Assembly: GCA_030390025.1 (NCBI GenBank) | Contig: CM059432.1 | Span: forward strand, 122,452,001 to 122,516,000 | Direction of reading: 5' to 3' | Source of the DNA: Squalus acanthias | Taxonomy: Eukaryota | Length of the DNA stretch: 64,000 bases | In this document: positions 36,996 through 49,156 of the stretch, one piece after another | Numbering within the stretch: the stretch's first letter is position 1 | Layout of the letters: the number at the start of each line of letters is the position of its first letter | The notes under the pieces: model-generated | Databases searched by the model: none | What the model saw: only the letters and a program-made list of their open reading frames with translations | Told to the model about the DNA's origin: nothing | Position numbers and translations under genes: made by a program

Positions 36996-39943
36996 ACATA
37001 GAAACATAGAAACATAGAAACATAGAAAATAGGTACAGGAGTAGACCATTCGGTCCTTCGAGCCTGCACCGCCATTCAATGCATTTATGGCTGAACATGC
37101 TACCTCAGTACCCCATTCCTGCTTTCTCGCCATACCCCTTGATCCCCCTAGTTGTGAGTGTTATATCTAACTCCCTTTTGAATATATTTAGCGAACTGGC
37201 CTCAACAACCTTCTGTGGAAGAGAATTCCATAGATTCACCACTCTCTGGGTGAAGAAGTTCCTCCTCAGCTCAGTCTTAAATGGCTTCCCCTTAATCCTT
37301 AGACTGTGACCCCTGGTTCTAGTTTTCCCTAACATTGGGAACATTCTGCCCGCATCTAATTTGTCTAAACCAGTCAGGATTTTAAATGTCTCTATAAGAT
37401 CCCCCCTCATTCTTCTGAACTCCAGAGGATACAAGTTCAGTTGACCCAATCTTTCTTGATATGTCAGTCCGGCCATCCCAGGAATCAATCTAGTGAACCT
37501 TCGCTGCACTCCCTCAATAGCAAGAATGTCCTTCCTTAAGTTAGGAGACCAAAACTGCGCACAATTCTCCAGGTGTGGCCTCACCAAGGCCCTGTACAAC
37601 TGTAGCATCACCTCCCTACTCCTGTACTCAAATCCCCTTACTATGAAGGCCATCATTCCGTTTGCTTTCTTGACTGCCTGCTGCACTTGACTTCCCACCT
37701 TCAGTGACTGATGTACCATGACGCCCAGGTCTCGTTGCACCTCCCCTTTCCCTAATCTGCCACCATTCAGGTAATAGTCCGCCTCTCTATTTTTACCACC
37801 AAAGTGGATAACCTCACATTTATCCACATTGTACTTCATCTGCCATACATTTGCCCATTCACCCAACCTGTCCAAGTCACTCTGTAGCCTCCTAGCATCC
37901 TCCTCATTGATCACACTGCCTCCCAATTTAGTGTCATCCGCAAATTTGGAGATATTACATTTAATCCCTTCGTCCAAATCATTAATATATAATGTAAACA
38001 GCTGGGGTCCCAGCACCGAACCTTGCGGTACCCGGCTGGTCACTGCCTGCCATTCTGAAAAGTACCCATTTACTCCTACTCTTTGTTTCCTGTGTGCCAA
38101 CCAGTTCTCAATCCACGTCAACACATTACCCCCAATCCCATGTGCTTTAACTTTGCTCACCAATCTCTTGTGTGGGACCTTGTCGAAGGCCTTCTGAAAG
38201 TCCAAATACACCACATCTACTGGTTCCCCCCTGTCCACCCTATTGGAAACATCCTCAAAAAATTCCAGAAGATTTGTCAAGCATGATTTCCCTTTCACAA
38301 ATCCATGCTGACTTGGACCTATCATGTCGCCACTTTCCAAATGGTCTGTTATGACATCTTTAATAATTGCTTCCATCATTTTACCCACGACCGATGTCAG
38401 GCTGACCGGTCTATAATTCCCTGCTTTCTCCCTTCCTCCTTTTTTAAAAAGAGGGGTTACATTGGCCACCCTCCACTCCATCGGAACTGATCCAGAGTCT
38501 AAGGAATGTTGGAAAATGATCGTCAATGCATCCACTATTTCCAAGGCCACCTCCTTAAGTACTCTGGGATGCAGACCATCAGGCCCCGGGGATTTTTCAG
38601 CCTTCAGTCCCATCAATTTCCCCAATACCTTTTCCCGACTAATAAGGATTTCCCTCAGCTCCTCCCTCTTACCAGATCCTCTGACCCCTTTTATTTCCGG
38701 CAGGTTGTGTGTGTCCTCCACAGTAAACACCGAACCAAAGTACTTGTTCAATTGATCTGCCATTTCCTTGTTCCCCATTACGACTTGCCCTGTTTCCGAC
38801 TGCAGGGGACCTACGTTTGTTTTTACTAACCTCTTTCTTTTTACATATTTATAGAAGCTTTTGCAGTCCATTTTAATGTTCTCTGCAAGCTTCCTTTCAT
38901 ATTTTATTTTCCCTGCCCTAATCAAACCCTTCGTCCTCCTTTGCTGAGTTTTGAAGTTCTCCCAGTCCCCGGGTTTGCTGCTACTTCTGGCCAATTTGTA
39001 TGCAACTTCCTTGGTTTTAATACTATCCCTGATTTCCCTTGTTAGCCATGGTTGAGCCACCTTCCCTTTTTTATTTTTACGCCAGACCGGGATGTACAAT
39101 TGTTGCAGTTCATCCATGCGATCTCTAAATGTCTGCCATTGCCCTTCCACTGATAGCCCCTTAAATATCGCTTGCCAATTTAACCTCGCCAATTCACGCC
39201 TCATACCCTCAAAGTTGCCCTTATTTAAGTTCTGGACCATGGTCTCTGACTTAACTGTTTCCTTCTCCATCCTAATGTAGAACTCCACCATACTATGGTC
39301 ACTCTTCCCCAGGGGGCCTCGTACCACAAGATTGCTGATTAGTCCTTCCTCATTACACAACACCCAGTCCAGGATGGCCTCCCCTCGAGTTGGTTCCTCA
39401 ACATATTGGTTTAGGAAACCATCCCTTAAACACTCCAGGAAATCCTCCTCCACCGTATTGCTTCCAGTTTGAGTAGCCCAATCTATATGCATATTAAAGT
39501 CACCCATGATAACTGCCGTGCCTTTTTTGCACGCACCTCTGATTTCCTGTTTCATACCCTCCCCCACCTCACCACTGCTGTTTGGAGGTCTGTACACAAC
39601 TCCCACTAACGTTTTCTGCCCTTTGGTGTTCTGCAGCTCAACCCATATTGATTCCACATCCTCCAAGCTGATGTCCTTCCTAGCTATTGCATTAATCTCC
39701 TCTTTAACCAGCAATGCTACCCCACCCCCTTTTCCTTTTATTCTATCCTTTCTGAATGTTGAATACCCCTGGATGTTCAGTTCCCAGCCTTGATTGTTCT
39801 GGAGCCACGTCTCTGTAATCCCAATCACATCGTATCCATTAACATCTATTTGCACAGTCAATTCATCCACCTTATTACGGATACTCCTTGCATTAAGACA
39901 CAGAGCCTTTAGGCTTATTTTATTAACATCCTTTGTCCTTTTA
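36996..39943 (-). mobile_element. CR1 LINE (second subfamily), truncated at the start of ORF2
   Basis: (tttctatg)n tail at 36996-37028; long ORF2; no TSD. Confidence 0.95.
37105..39870 (-). CDS. CR1 ORF2 APE + RT, at least 921 aa uninterrupted
   Basis: ITETW, GDFN, SDH, YRPVSL, DFQKAFD, VPQGSVLGP, FADD, TRGH. Confidence 0.94.
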   Translation of the reverse strand: MDELTVQIDVNGYDVIGITETWLQNNQGWELNIQGYSTFRKDRIKGKGGGVALLVKEEINAIARKDISLEDVESIWVELQNTKGQKTLVGVVYRPPNSSGEVGEGMKQEIRGACKKGTAVIMGDFNMHIDWATQTGSNTVEEDFLECLRDGFLNQYVEEPTRGEAILDWVLCNEEGLISNLVVRGPLGKSDHSMVEFYIRMEKETVKSETMVQNLNKGNFEGMRRELARLNWQAIFKGLSVEGQWQTFRDRMDELQQLYIPVWRKNKKGKVAQPWLTREIRDSIKTKEVAYKLARSSSKPGDWENFKTQQRRTKGLIRAGKIKYERKLAENIKMDCKSFYKYVKRKRLVKTNVGPLQSETGQVVMGNKEMADQLNKYFGSVFTVEDTHNLPEIKGVRGSGKREELREILISREKVLGKLMGLKAEKSPGPDGLHPRVLKEVALEIVDALTIIFQHSLDSGSVPMEWRVANVTPLFKKGGREKAGNYRPVSLTSVVGKMMEAIIKDVITDHLESGDMIGPSQHGFVKGKSCLTNLLEFFEDVSNRVDRGEPVDVVYLDFQKAFDKVPHKRLVSKVKAHGIGGNVLTWIENWLAHRKQRVGVNGYFSEWQAVTSRVPQGSVLGPQLFTLYINDLDEGIKCNISKFADDTKLGGSVINEEDARRLQSDLDRLGEWANVWQMKYNVDKCEVIHFGGKNREADYYLNGGRLGKGEVQRDLGVMVHQSLKVGSQVQQAVKKANGMMAFIVRGFEYRSREVMLQLYRALVRPHLENCAQFWSPNLRKDILAIEGVQRRFTRLIPGMAGLTYQERLGQLNLYPLEFRRMRGDLIETFKILTGLDKLDAGRMFPMLGKTRTRGHSLRIKGKPFKTELRRNFFTQRVVNLWNSLPQKVVEASSLNIFKRELDITLTTRGIKGYGEKAGMGY

Positions 39944-42045
39944 GCTCATCCTCGGCCTGTAAACCCTGTGTTGGGGGTATCTCCTGCGGCGAGGTGCAGC
40001 CCTGCGCTGACGCCCTCTGCCCTGTGCAGCATCAGGTGGGTGAGGAGGAGGTTGGCGCTCCTGTTGTTGCTGCTGCTGTTGTGCCTGGTCCTGCTGCTGC
40101 CGCGGCTGCTCTTCCTCCGATTCTGAGGACCAGGATGACAGGGTATAAATGGTTCCCATTCTGCTGGTGGATATCTCAGTTGAGGAATAGATGTTATAAG
40201 CGCTCAGTCAATGTGGCCAGAGGGTTTTCCCAGGAGGTCACAGTGCATATGGATCTCAGCTTCACCACTTACAAGATCAGCAGACCTGCAAAAAGTGTTC
40301 CAACACCTGAAAAAACTAAGTTTTGTCTTCTGTAAGTCAGCCATGTTAGAGCTCCATTTTTATGCTGGAGCTGCAGCTGTCAAGAAGTCAGGCACTTGCT
40401 GAACCTGGCACAATCAGCTGGTGTGATTTGGGAATGACGTGGAACACGCTGAAGATGTAATAAAATTGAAATACCCTCTTAAAATAGGCTTATCCAGGCA
40501 GTTAACGAGCTGTTAACTGCGTTAAGTGCCTCTCCCTTCGCTTGGTGGTGGGGCAGATCGGAACTCCCAGAGCCGGCACTTGGCAAAGTAGCGTGGAGGC
40601 GGGTTGACGGCGGGATCACAACCTGCCGTCAATCAAAAAGATTTTAACCTTTGACCCACCTCCAAACCCGCCCTCTCAGTGCTGATAAAATCGTGGCCAA
40701 CATCTCTCCTGCCCAATTTCTTTGGCTAGAGGTTAAAACTTTCTTTCAGTCTTACACTCTTCTTTCATCAGTCCTAAGCTACCCAACATTCTTTCATAAT
40801 TCTTACTAGTCTTTGGTCTCTGACTCTTTCTTGGACCCTGTTGTCTTTGAGAACTCGCATCCCTGTTTTCTCATGGATCATTTGGCCCCGTTTTTCTCAT
40901 CTTCTTCTCTTCTTCTTTTGAGCTGTTTCTTTCCTTTCTGCCACCATTAGACAAACTGAAGTGTAGATTTGAAATATCGCCTGAAATTTTGCCCGAAATG
41001 ATTTTTTTTTTAATTAATTCATGGGATCTGGGCATCGCTGGCAAGGCCAGCATTTATTGCCCATCCCTAGTTGCCCTTGAGAAGATGGTGGTGAGCCGCC
41101 TTCTTGAACCGCTGCAGTCCGTGCAGTGAAGGTACTCCCACAGTGCTGTTAGGGAGGGAGTTCCAGGATTTTGACCCAGCGACGATGAAGGATCGGCGAT
41201 ATACTTCCAAGTCAGGATGGTATGTGACTTGGAGGAGAACTTGGAGGCGGTGGTGTTCCCATGCGCCTGCTGCCCTTGTCCTCCTAGATGATAGAGGTCG
41301 CGGGTTTGGGAGGTGCTGCCGAAGAAGCCTTGGCGAGTTGCTGCAGTGCATCTTGTAGATGGTACACTCTGCAGCCACGGTACACCAGTGGGGGAGGGAG
41401 TAAATGTTTAAGGTGGTGGATGGGGAGCCAATCAAGCGGGCTGCTTTGTCCTGGATGAGATTCGAGCTTCTTGAGTGTTGTTGGAACTGCACACATCCAG
41501 GCAAGTGGAGAGCATTCCATCACACTCCTTACTTGTACCTTGTAGATGGTGGATAGGCTTTGGGGGGTCAGGAGGTAAGACACTCGCCGCAGAATACCTC
41601 ACCTCTGACCTGCTCTTGTTGCCACAGTATTTATATGGCTGGTCCAGTTAAGTTTCTGGTCAATGGTGAGCCCCAGGATGTTGATTTTGGGGGATTCGGT
41701 GATGGTAATGTCATTGAATGTCAAGGGAAGGTGGTTAGACTCTTTCTTGTTGGAGGTGGTCATTGCCTGGCACTAGTGTGGCGTGAATGTTACTTGCCAC
41801 TTATCAGCCCAAGCCTGAACGTCGTTCAGGTCTTGCTGCATGCAGGCATAGACTGATTCATTATCTGAGGAGTTCCAAATGGAACTGAATACTGTGCAAT
41901 CATCAGCGAACATCCCCATTTCTGACCTTATATTGGAGGGAAGGTCATTGATGAAGCAGCTGAAGATGGATGGGCCTAGGACATTGCCCTGAGGAACTCC
42001 TGCAGCGATGACCTGGGGCTGAGATAATTAGCCTCCAACAACCCC

Positions 42046-43043
42046 TGTAAGACTTTCTCTTACTATTTTTTGAACCTTGAGAATCACAAATAAGTGTAAC
42101 AATGACAGATAATGATGTCACCTGATGAAGGAGCAGCGCTCCGAAAGCTTGTGATTTCAAATAAAGCTGTTGGACTATAACCTGGTGTTGTGCGACTTCT
42201 CACAAATGACAGATAAGTTTGTGATCAATAAAAGTGGTCTTTATTCACACTAGTTTAAAAATTCAAGCTTACATAGAAGCACCCTCAGCAATGCATATGC
42301 CCACAGTTTATTAAATCCATAATTGGAAGTATTCCCAGCAATTCATATACTTTTAATAAGACCGTACATAGAAATATTCACAGCAATTCATATGCTTCAC
42401 AGTTTAGGATCCCCTTGGCAATATCTATGCCCACAGTTTCGTTCATAAAAGTATCCCCACAATATCTATGCTAATCCCTGGCAATATATATATTCCATGT
42501 CTGACTTTCATACATATATACATACATAGAGACATACATACATACATCCCTCCACAGGGTGATCAGTCCGGAAGAAGTGGTAGGCTGCAAAACATAGACT
42601 TCCATTTCAACAGCTCCCATTGTTCTTCTGACTTTCCCGCTTCTGTGGTTTTCCTTTATAGTGCCTCCCTGCCTGGCCCTCTTGTATATCTTTGTCTGCC
42701 TCCAATAGGTCAGATTCACTCCCAACCTTCCCTGATTGGAGTTCAATCTGCATGACATGTTCATGTTCCTGTGATGTGTGTGAGGGCGGGACTTCCTCTT
42801 CATCCAGTGTTTCTCTTTCCTGTCCTTGTGGTCTCACAAATAAAGGACCATATGCTGACCCCTTCCATTTTGAATCCTTACAAAGGACCACATGCTGACT
42901 TCCTCTATTTTGAATCCTCACAGACAAAGGAACACATGCTCTCTTCTTCCATTTTGAGTCCGTCCGTTATCATCTCACAATTCATTCGCAATTTCGATCT
43001 CCACATGGTAGCAGTGGTTTTAATACATGTATAGAATCTTACA
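42046..43043 (-). mobile_element. Solo LTR 2
   Basis: TGTAAGA..TCTTACA inverted termini; 4-bp flanks cccc/ctcc; host LINE rejoins across it; minus-strand AATAAA near 42240. Confidence 0.7.
42113..42204 (+). ncRNA. 92-bp hammerhead-only Penelope family-1 insertion
   Basis: tcacCTGATGAaggagc..gctccGAAAgcttgtga plus pLTR end; 12-bp TSD aatgacagataa at 42101-42112 / 42205-42216. Confidence 0.8.
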
Positions 43044-44429
43044 CTCCACAACCATCTTCCTTTGTGCTAGGTATGACTCCAGACAGTGGTAAGATTTCCC
43101 CCCGATTCCCGTTGACTTCAATTTTACTCGGACTCCTTGATGTCACACTCGGTCAAATGCTGCCTTGATGTCAAGGTAGTCACTCTCACCTCACCTCTGG
43201 AATTCAGCTCCTTTGTCCATGTTTGGACCAAGGCTATAATGAGGTCTGGAGCCGAGTGGTCCTGGCAGAACCCAAACTGAGCATCGGTGAGCAGGTTATT
43301 GATGAGTAAGTGCACTTGATAGCACTGTCGACAACACCTTCCATCACTTTGCTGATGATTGAGACTAGACTGATGGGGCGGTAATTGGCCGGATTGGATT
43401 TGTCCTGCTTTATGTGGACATGACATACCTGGGCAGTTTTCCACATTGTCTGATAGATGCCAGTGTTGTAGCTGTACTGGTGCAGCTTAGCTAGAGGCGC
43501 GGCTAGTTCTGGAGCACAAGTCTTCAGCACATCAGCCGGGATATTGTCAGGGCCCATAGCCTTTGCTGTGTCCAGTGCGCTCAGCTGTTTCTTAGTATCA
43601 CATGGACTGAATCGAATTGGTTAAAGACTGGCTTCTGTGATGGTGGGGACCTCGGGAGAAGGCTGAGATGGATCATCCACTCGGCCCTTCTGGCTGAAGA
43701 TAGTTGCAAATGCTTCAACCTTGTCTTTTGCAATCGTGAGCTGGGCTCTGCCATCATTGAGGATGGGGATGTTCATGGAGCCTCCTCCTCCCTTCAGTTG
43801 TTTAATGGTCCACCACCATTCACGACTAGATGTGGCAGGACTACAGAGCTTTGATCTGATCCGTTGGTTGTGGGATTGATTAGATCTGTCTAAAGCATGC
43901 TGCATCCACTTTTTAGCATGCATGTAGTCCTGTGTTGCAGCTTCCCCAGGTTGGCACCTCATTTTAAGGTATGCCTGGTGCTGCTCCTGGCATGCTTAGC
44001 TGCACTCCTCATTGAACCAGGGTTGGTTGCCTGGCTTGATGGTAATGATAGAGTGAGGGATACGCCAGGCCATGAGGTTACAGATTGTGGTGGAATACAA
44101 TTCTGCTGCTGCTGATGGCCCACAGTGCCTCATGAATGCACAATTTTGAGCTGCTAGATCTGTTCTGAATCTATCCCATTTAGCACGGTGGTAGTGCCAC
44201 ACAATACGTTGAGGGTCTCCACAAGGACTGTGTGGTGGTCACTGCTACCAATACTGTCATGGACAGATGCATCTGCGACAGGTAGATTGGTGAGGACAAG
44301 GTCTCAGGCGCGGAGATGTATCAATTTTATTTTTAATTCCTGTACTGATGGGAAGTTGATAAAAACACATTTTTTTGTACGCAACTTGTCTCTTTGAAAA
44401 CTGAAAAGAATCAAAAAACATGCAAGCAA

Positions 44430-46560
44430 AGACAAGCAGAGCTTTATAGATAATTAAGCCAAAAATGAGGAGCAAGCAGCAGACAGGGGTGATCTCCAAG
44501 ACTACTTACAAGATAGCAATGCTGCTACCAAGCCGAGATGGACAAAGGTCGTCCCCTCTTAGAATGGATTAACTTTGACTACAGAAAAAGGCAAGGGACA
44601 AACACTTTCAAGCAGCTTTGAACAGACCTGAACCACTAGAAAACTACACATTCCAGAAAGAATAGTAGACTTGGAGTAAAAGCAGAGACATTTGAACTTG
44701 AGGTCAAGGAAGTCACAAATGATTTGCAAACTGGAAAGCCACCAAGAGTTAGAAAATGACAACAGAAATAATCAATAGTGGAAATATAACGGGCAATGAA
44801 TTAATGCAGCAATAATATATGGATTAGGCACAAGAATCCATGGACTGGAGAAATCGGGACAAAGCTACCAAAAAAGTGAGATCTATCAGATGGTAACAAC
44901 TGCTGTTGGGTGACTTTACTATCAGTCTCAGGAAAGGTATTTAACTTGCTGCTGATTAGGGTTAGTAACACTGTAGATAAGAGGATATGCAAAGTCAGGC
45001 TAGGTTTTGGACTGGAAGACAATGCAATGATGAAATCTATTGTCGAGAATAAACAAGATGTCAACTTCAGCATTCATTTCATCAAAGGGCTTTGACCCCC
45101 TAGATGACCATGCACTCAGGTAAACTTTACATTATAATGATATTCCTCAGATGTACTTAAACAGCATTAAGGAACTCCAGGATCGAGTAGAAAGTTGTAT
45201 TAAAGTGAACAACAGTGCAGTTTGAACGAAAGACTGGTGTCCAACAGAGATGTGTCTCATTACCATTGTTATTTGAATTGGCAGGAGACCTGATAATGCA
45301 CACCAGCAAAGAGGTAAACAATGAACACATGAAAAGAAACAGCAAACAATTGGAGATTTAGATTTTGTGGACAATATCACATTTTGGCAGAAATAGAAAT
45401 GCAAAGAAATGCAGATCTCACAGAAGAAAACAAAGATCATGACAGTTGAAATAGACAACAGCAATATTAAAATAAAGCTCAGAAAGGAGACACAACACAG
45501 CATAAGGCACTTTGGCCTAGAAATTTGGGGTTTTGCGCCAGCCGTTCAGGGCCATTTTGATGAAAAAATGGCGGCTGACTTGCTTCCACCCGCATCCGAC
45601 TGGTCCCGCGGCGACCGCCATTTTCGGCAGGTTGGTGGTGCTGCCGTTTCCAGCGCTCGCTGCAGAAATGGAAATGAGGCAAATCGTGACGTCAGTGAGT
45701 GTGCGATGCTCATTTGATGCACAATCTGCCATTTTCGATGTCATCACTCCACTTACCGTCCTCTCTTAATCACGATCAGCTGACCAAGCGTTCAACATCA
45801 GGAAGGAGCCCCCAGCAGTGTTATTTAAAGGGATCATCATCAACAACTTGCAGCTGACATGGTTTCTCAGTTTGACTGAGATCAGTGCTCCAATCACTAT
45901 AATGAGCAGGCAGCACGAATCTTGCATGCCGTCTGCACCACTTTCAACAAGCGCAGGCAAATAGTGCTGGCCCTTGACACTGCCAGTTTTTTTGGGCCTA
46001 ATCTAATTTCTAGGCCTTCATCTATCTTGGAAGTGGAATACTCAGCAATGCTAATGATAGAAGAGAGTTATCAGGTGTAGTAGTACTTTTAGCAAACTGG
46101 ATTACATTTGCAGAAATAACATGCAATCCCTAAAACAAAAATCATATTATACAGTGGCAATATCGTATTCATATATTATGCCATTGAAATCTAGTCAATG
46201 ATGAAGACTAGAAAATAAACCGACACTTTCAATACTAAATGTCTTCAAAAGATACGCAACATCAGCCGGACAGTTGAAGTGATGGTAATTTTGATGGTAA
46301 TTTGAGAAACCTGCCAGTAAGCTAACTTGTAAAGCAAAAGGACATTAGATGGCTAGGTCATGTGCTGTGGATGTAAGAATCTAGAATACCACCAAGCACT
46401 GAAATGGCAGCCAAATGGAGAAGAGAAGCATGAAGGTCCAAGAACAACATGGAAAACCATCGCAGAGAAGGACCTCTTAGAAGTGAGATCACCTGGGAAG
46501 AGGTGCAGGCAACTCAGGTGGAATGGAAGAGACTCTATTGGGATAATTTATGGACTTTGA
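44430..46560 (+). mobile_element. Old RTE-type LINE relic interrupted by a MITE
   Basis: PKK*DLSDGNN..TLLSVSGKVFN; DLDFVDNI; ISQKKTKIM; WLGHV; GPRTTW. Confidence 0.7.
45514..46016. mobile_element. Harbinger-type MITE
   Basis: Perfect 12-bp TIR ggcctagaaatt / aatttctaggcc; flanks ttt/ttc. Confidence 0.8.
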
Positions 46561-47028
46561 GCTGCCTGTGGAAGGTTCACCTAGTGGTAGCATATATCCA
46601 AAGTTTGGAGGAGGGCTGCTCATGATTTTCCAACCATCTAAATTAATGAGCAAAAAATATCAAGCACCCGAATTTCTGATGTGCAATCCCGGCAAGTGAG
46701 ACTCCCCACCAACAATGCAAGGGTGGAACATTACCCCTTATGTACCTAGATTCACGTTTTTGACTTGTTTGCAAAAACTATATCACAAGTAGATATGCAT
46801 GATTTTTTGTTTGCAAAATAGTAATCATAACATAGGGGTGACAAACCTCAAATTGTACAATAATACAGAGATACACTGAACTGTTTGATGTGCTTCATCA
46901 TAGATTATGTATATTTTCTGCATGCATCAACAGGAGTTCAGTAGTCAAGACATCACTAAGAATGTATGTGAAGAGAGTTAGATTCAAACTATTAATTATT
47001 GATGATAACTCCGTCAACCAGAATTATT

Positions 47029-47807
47029 AGCCCGAAATTTTCTGGAGTGGGGCACCTCATGGCGTGCCCTGTGAGTTAGACTATTTCATGCACCCTTCAG
47101 CTCAATTTCTTTTTCTTTGTACGTTGCTGGAAGTGCGAACTGCTAAAGGCGGGGCAAGTGCGACGGGGCATCTGGGACCTTGGTGAACAACGGGGCAAAC
47201 AGGGTATCTTCTTAACCAATGAGATTTAAGGATTGAGAAATAAACAGAGGAAGGACTGAGAAGGAGGGTGAATTAAAGGGGGTTATTTCAATGTCAACTC
47301 AGGTACAGGAAGAGAAATAAGGAGAGGGAAGGAAAGATTGGATTAAGAGAGAGAGGAAAAAAGAGTCAGAAAGGAAAATTAAGAAAAAAAACTGTTAAAT
47401 TTAAAATGTTACATTTTTTAAATCTCCAACATCAATTCACTAACAAAATGATACTCCATGCTTTTAATTGTTCACGTTCTGGTTCAGAGCGGTTGATTGG
47501 CAGTCATTAATAATTATCACGTTGTTAAAAGGATACTCGTGCTGTTAATTACTAGACTTAACTTGCTGTGACGAATTTATTGGACAATTGATATGCAAAT
47601 GCAGCAACGTCATGAAAATCAGGGGAGGTTAAGGGTGAGGTAGTTTTCGCAAAGTTAATGGCAGAGTGGCGCAAATTGTCCAGCGCCTTGCGGTGTTTCG
47701 CAATTCACGTGGTGTCTCTTCCTCGCAACAAGTTGCTGGTTGATTTGCCCATTAATAACGGCCTGCGTCGTTCACATGCCGTTACTTTTTTCTGGAAATT
47801 CTGGGCC
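47029..47807. mobile_element. Older Harbinger-type MITE
   Basis: Imperfect TIRs agcccgaaattttctgg / ctggaaattctgggcc; flanks att/aat. Confidence 0.55.
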
Positions 47808-49156
47808 AATAAGTTTTCGCTAAAACACACGTGGGCAAGTTTATTGGAATAAAGATATCATCGTGTTCAAGCAATATCCGCAGAACTGCGTTTGCTACCT
47901 CAATGGAATGCAGCTATTCGACAGGCGAAGAGACTCCGTCGCAATCTCTATGTTACACTGTTACAGGTTTGCCAGATTATTCCTTTTGTTGCAGTGCTGG
48001 TAACAACCACAAAGAAAGAAATACAGAAAATGATGGCAATCTACAGCATCTGAAAGAGAATGTAAGTTATTGTTTTGCTTAAATTAAACAGTCACTGCAC
48101 TCCAAAAAAAAACACAATTCATTTTGTGAAGCACTTTGAGACATTTCAACAACATGAAAAGGCCTACATAGATACAAGTATTTCCTTTTTCTTTTATATT
48201 AGAACTGGCACAGTCAGAGAGGCAGACAATTTCCTCCATCCCCATCCCCCACAATGTTAACTTATCTTTCTCTTTGCAGATGCTGACTGACGTGCATTAA
48301 CATACAGTCTATTCTCAGCAATTTTTGTTTTAGTTTCAGATTTCCAGTGTTTATACTTTTTCTTTTCATCTCTGCTAACAATCAAGTTGCCATTTCTTTG
48401 AGTTGAGACAGTGCTGACCTATACTTATGTTGAGTGTATGAGCAAGGCATACGATAGCCAACACTTTATTATAAAGTACAGTGTATACATGAATCACACC
48501 CTGAAGTCTGTGAAAGGTGACCACATTTTCAATTAGTAGCTATAATGGACTGGAAATGAGCCATTCTGGGCCCTGGGCAGGTCCTCGTCCGGAATCTATA
48601 GTGGTAACTTCTTTCCAGCTAACACAAAATGCACCACAGACGATTCAGGAACTCAGTCATTGAGAACAAAGGTCATTGAGAAAGGCAGCTAGCCCTTAGG
48701 GAGACACAGATCTCGAGGCCAGAGCAGAAACAGAGAAAACAGGTGCTTTTCCAAAGGAAGCCATTGCATGCCGCCAAGGTCAAACAGGAAGAGGGAGGAT
48801 GCAGGCACGACTTTCAATTATGATTTTTCTAAGAAGCTCGAGCAAAGTAAATGAAGTCCCTGAGGGAGTTGGTTGCTGTCATGATAGAGGAACAGAAGAC
48901 CTGTAATGATGCAGTGGCAGGGCACACATCTGGGGCACATGGGGGTAAAATGGCCTCTCCTCATTTCATGCAGTAACAAGCTATATTGCTGTTTCTGAGC
49001 ACAGCTCCAAAGTCAGATGAAAGAAAAGTGGGCAGTATGGAGATGCAGGATGGTTGCTTGGAAGCTGCAAATGCACTGCTTCAAACTTGGGAAACATAGT
49101 AAGAGAATCAGTCCGCCCTATAACCTTGGTTTCAACAATCTTTGTATGGACACTAA

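Larger units (their letters stand above)
35974..40159 (-). pseudogene. Harbinger transposase of element C, split by a CR1 at 36996-39943 and frameshifted near 36580-36600
   Basis: N-terminal ..RVYRPRMS (39944-40159) rejoins FLNMTEQQC (36995 downward) as in 4412..5656; DYTH, GDKGY, CCALHN. Confidence 0.9.
33546..40698. mobile_element. Complete Harbinger transposon C (family I) with a CR1 inserted in its transposase
   Basis: Perfect 16-bp TIRs ggccacgattttatca / tgataaaatcgtggcc; perfect TSD AAC; convergent Myb (+) and transposase (-) genes. Confidence 0.95.
41002..44302 (-). mobile_element. Degraded CR1/L2-group LINE interrupted by solo LTR 2
   Basis: GPDNIP..LKTCAPELA, NPANYRPISL, QFGF, WNSLP; multiple stops and frameshifts. 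Confidence 0.85.

Noticed and set aside
37493..39793. Many short ORFs antisense to or overlapping CR1 ORF2 (also 22588-24981 and 4445-5446)
   Set aside because: Shadow ORFs of real TE coding frames with no recognisable motifs
42290..42480. Degenerate short repeats (cagcaattcatat / cccacagttt) resembling a repeat-spacer array
   Set aside because: Irregular LTR-internal tandem duplications; eukaryotic context, no cas genes, not CRISPR
47967..48061. Plus-strand exon-like segment (ttacag..gtaagt)
   Set aside because: Its second half resembles a degraded inverted Penelope family-2 tail; no coding support
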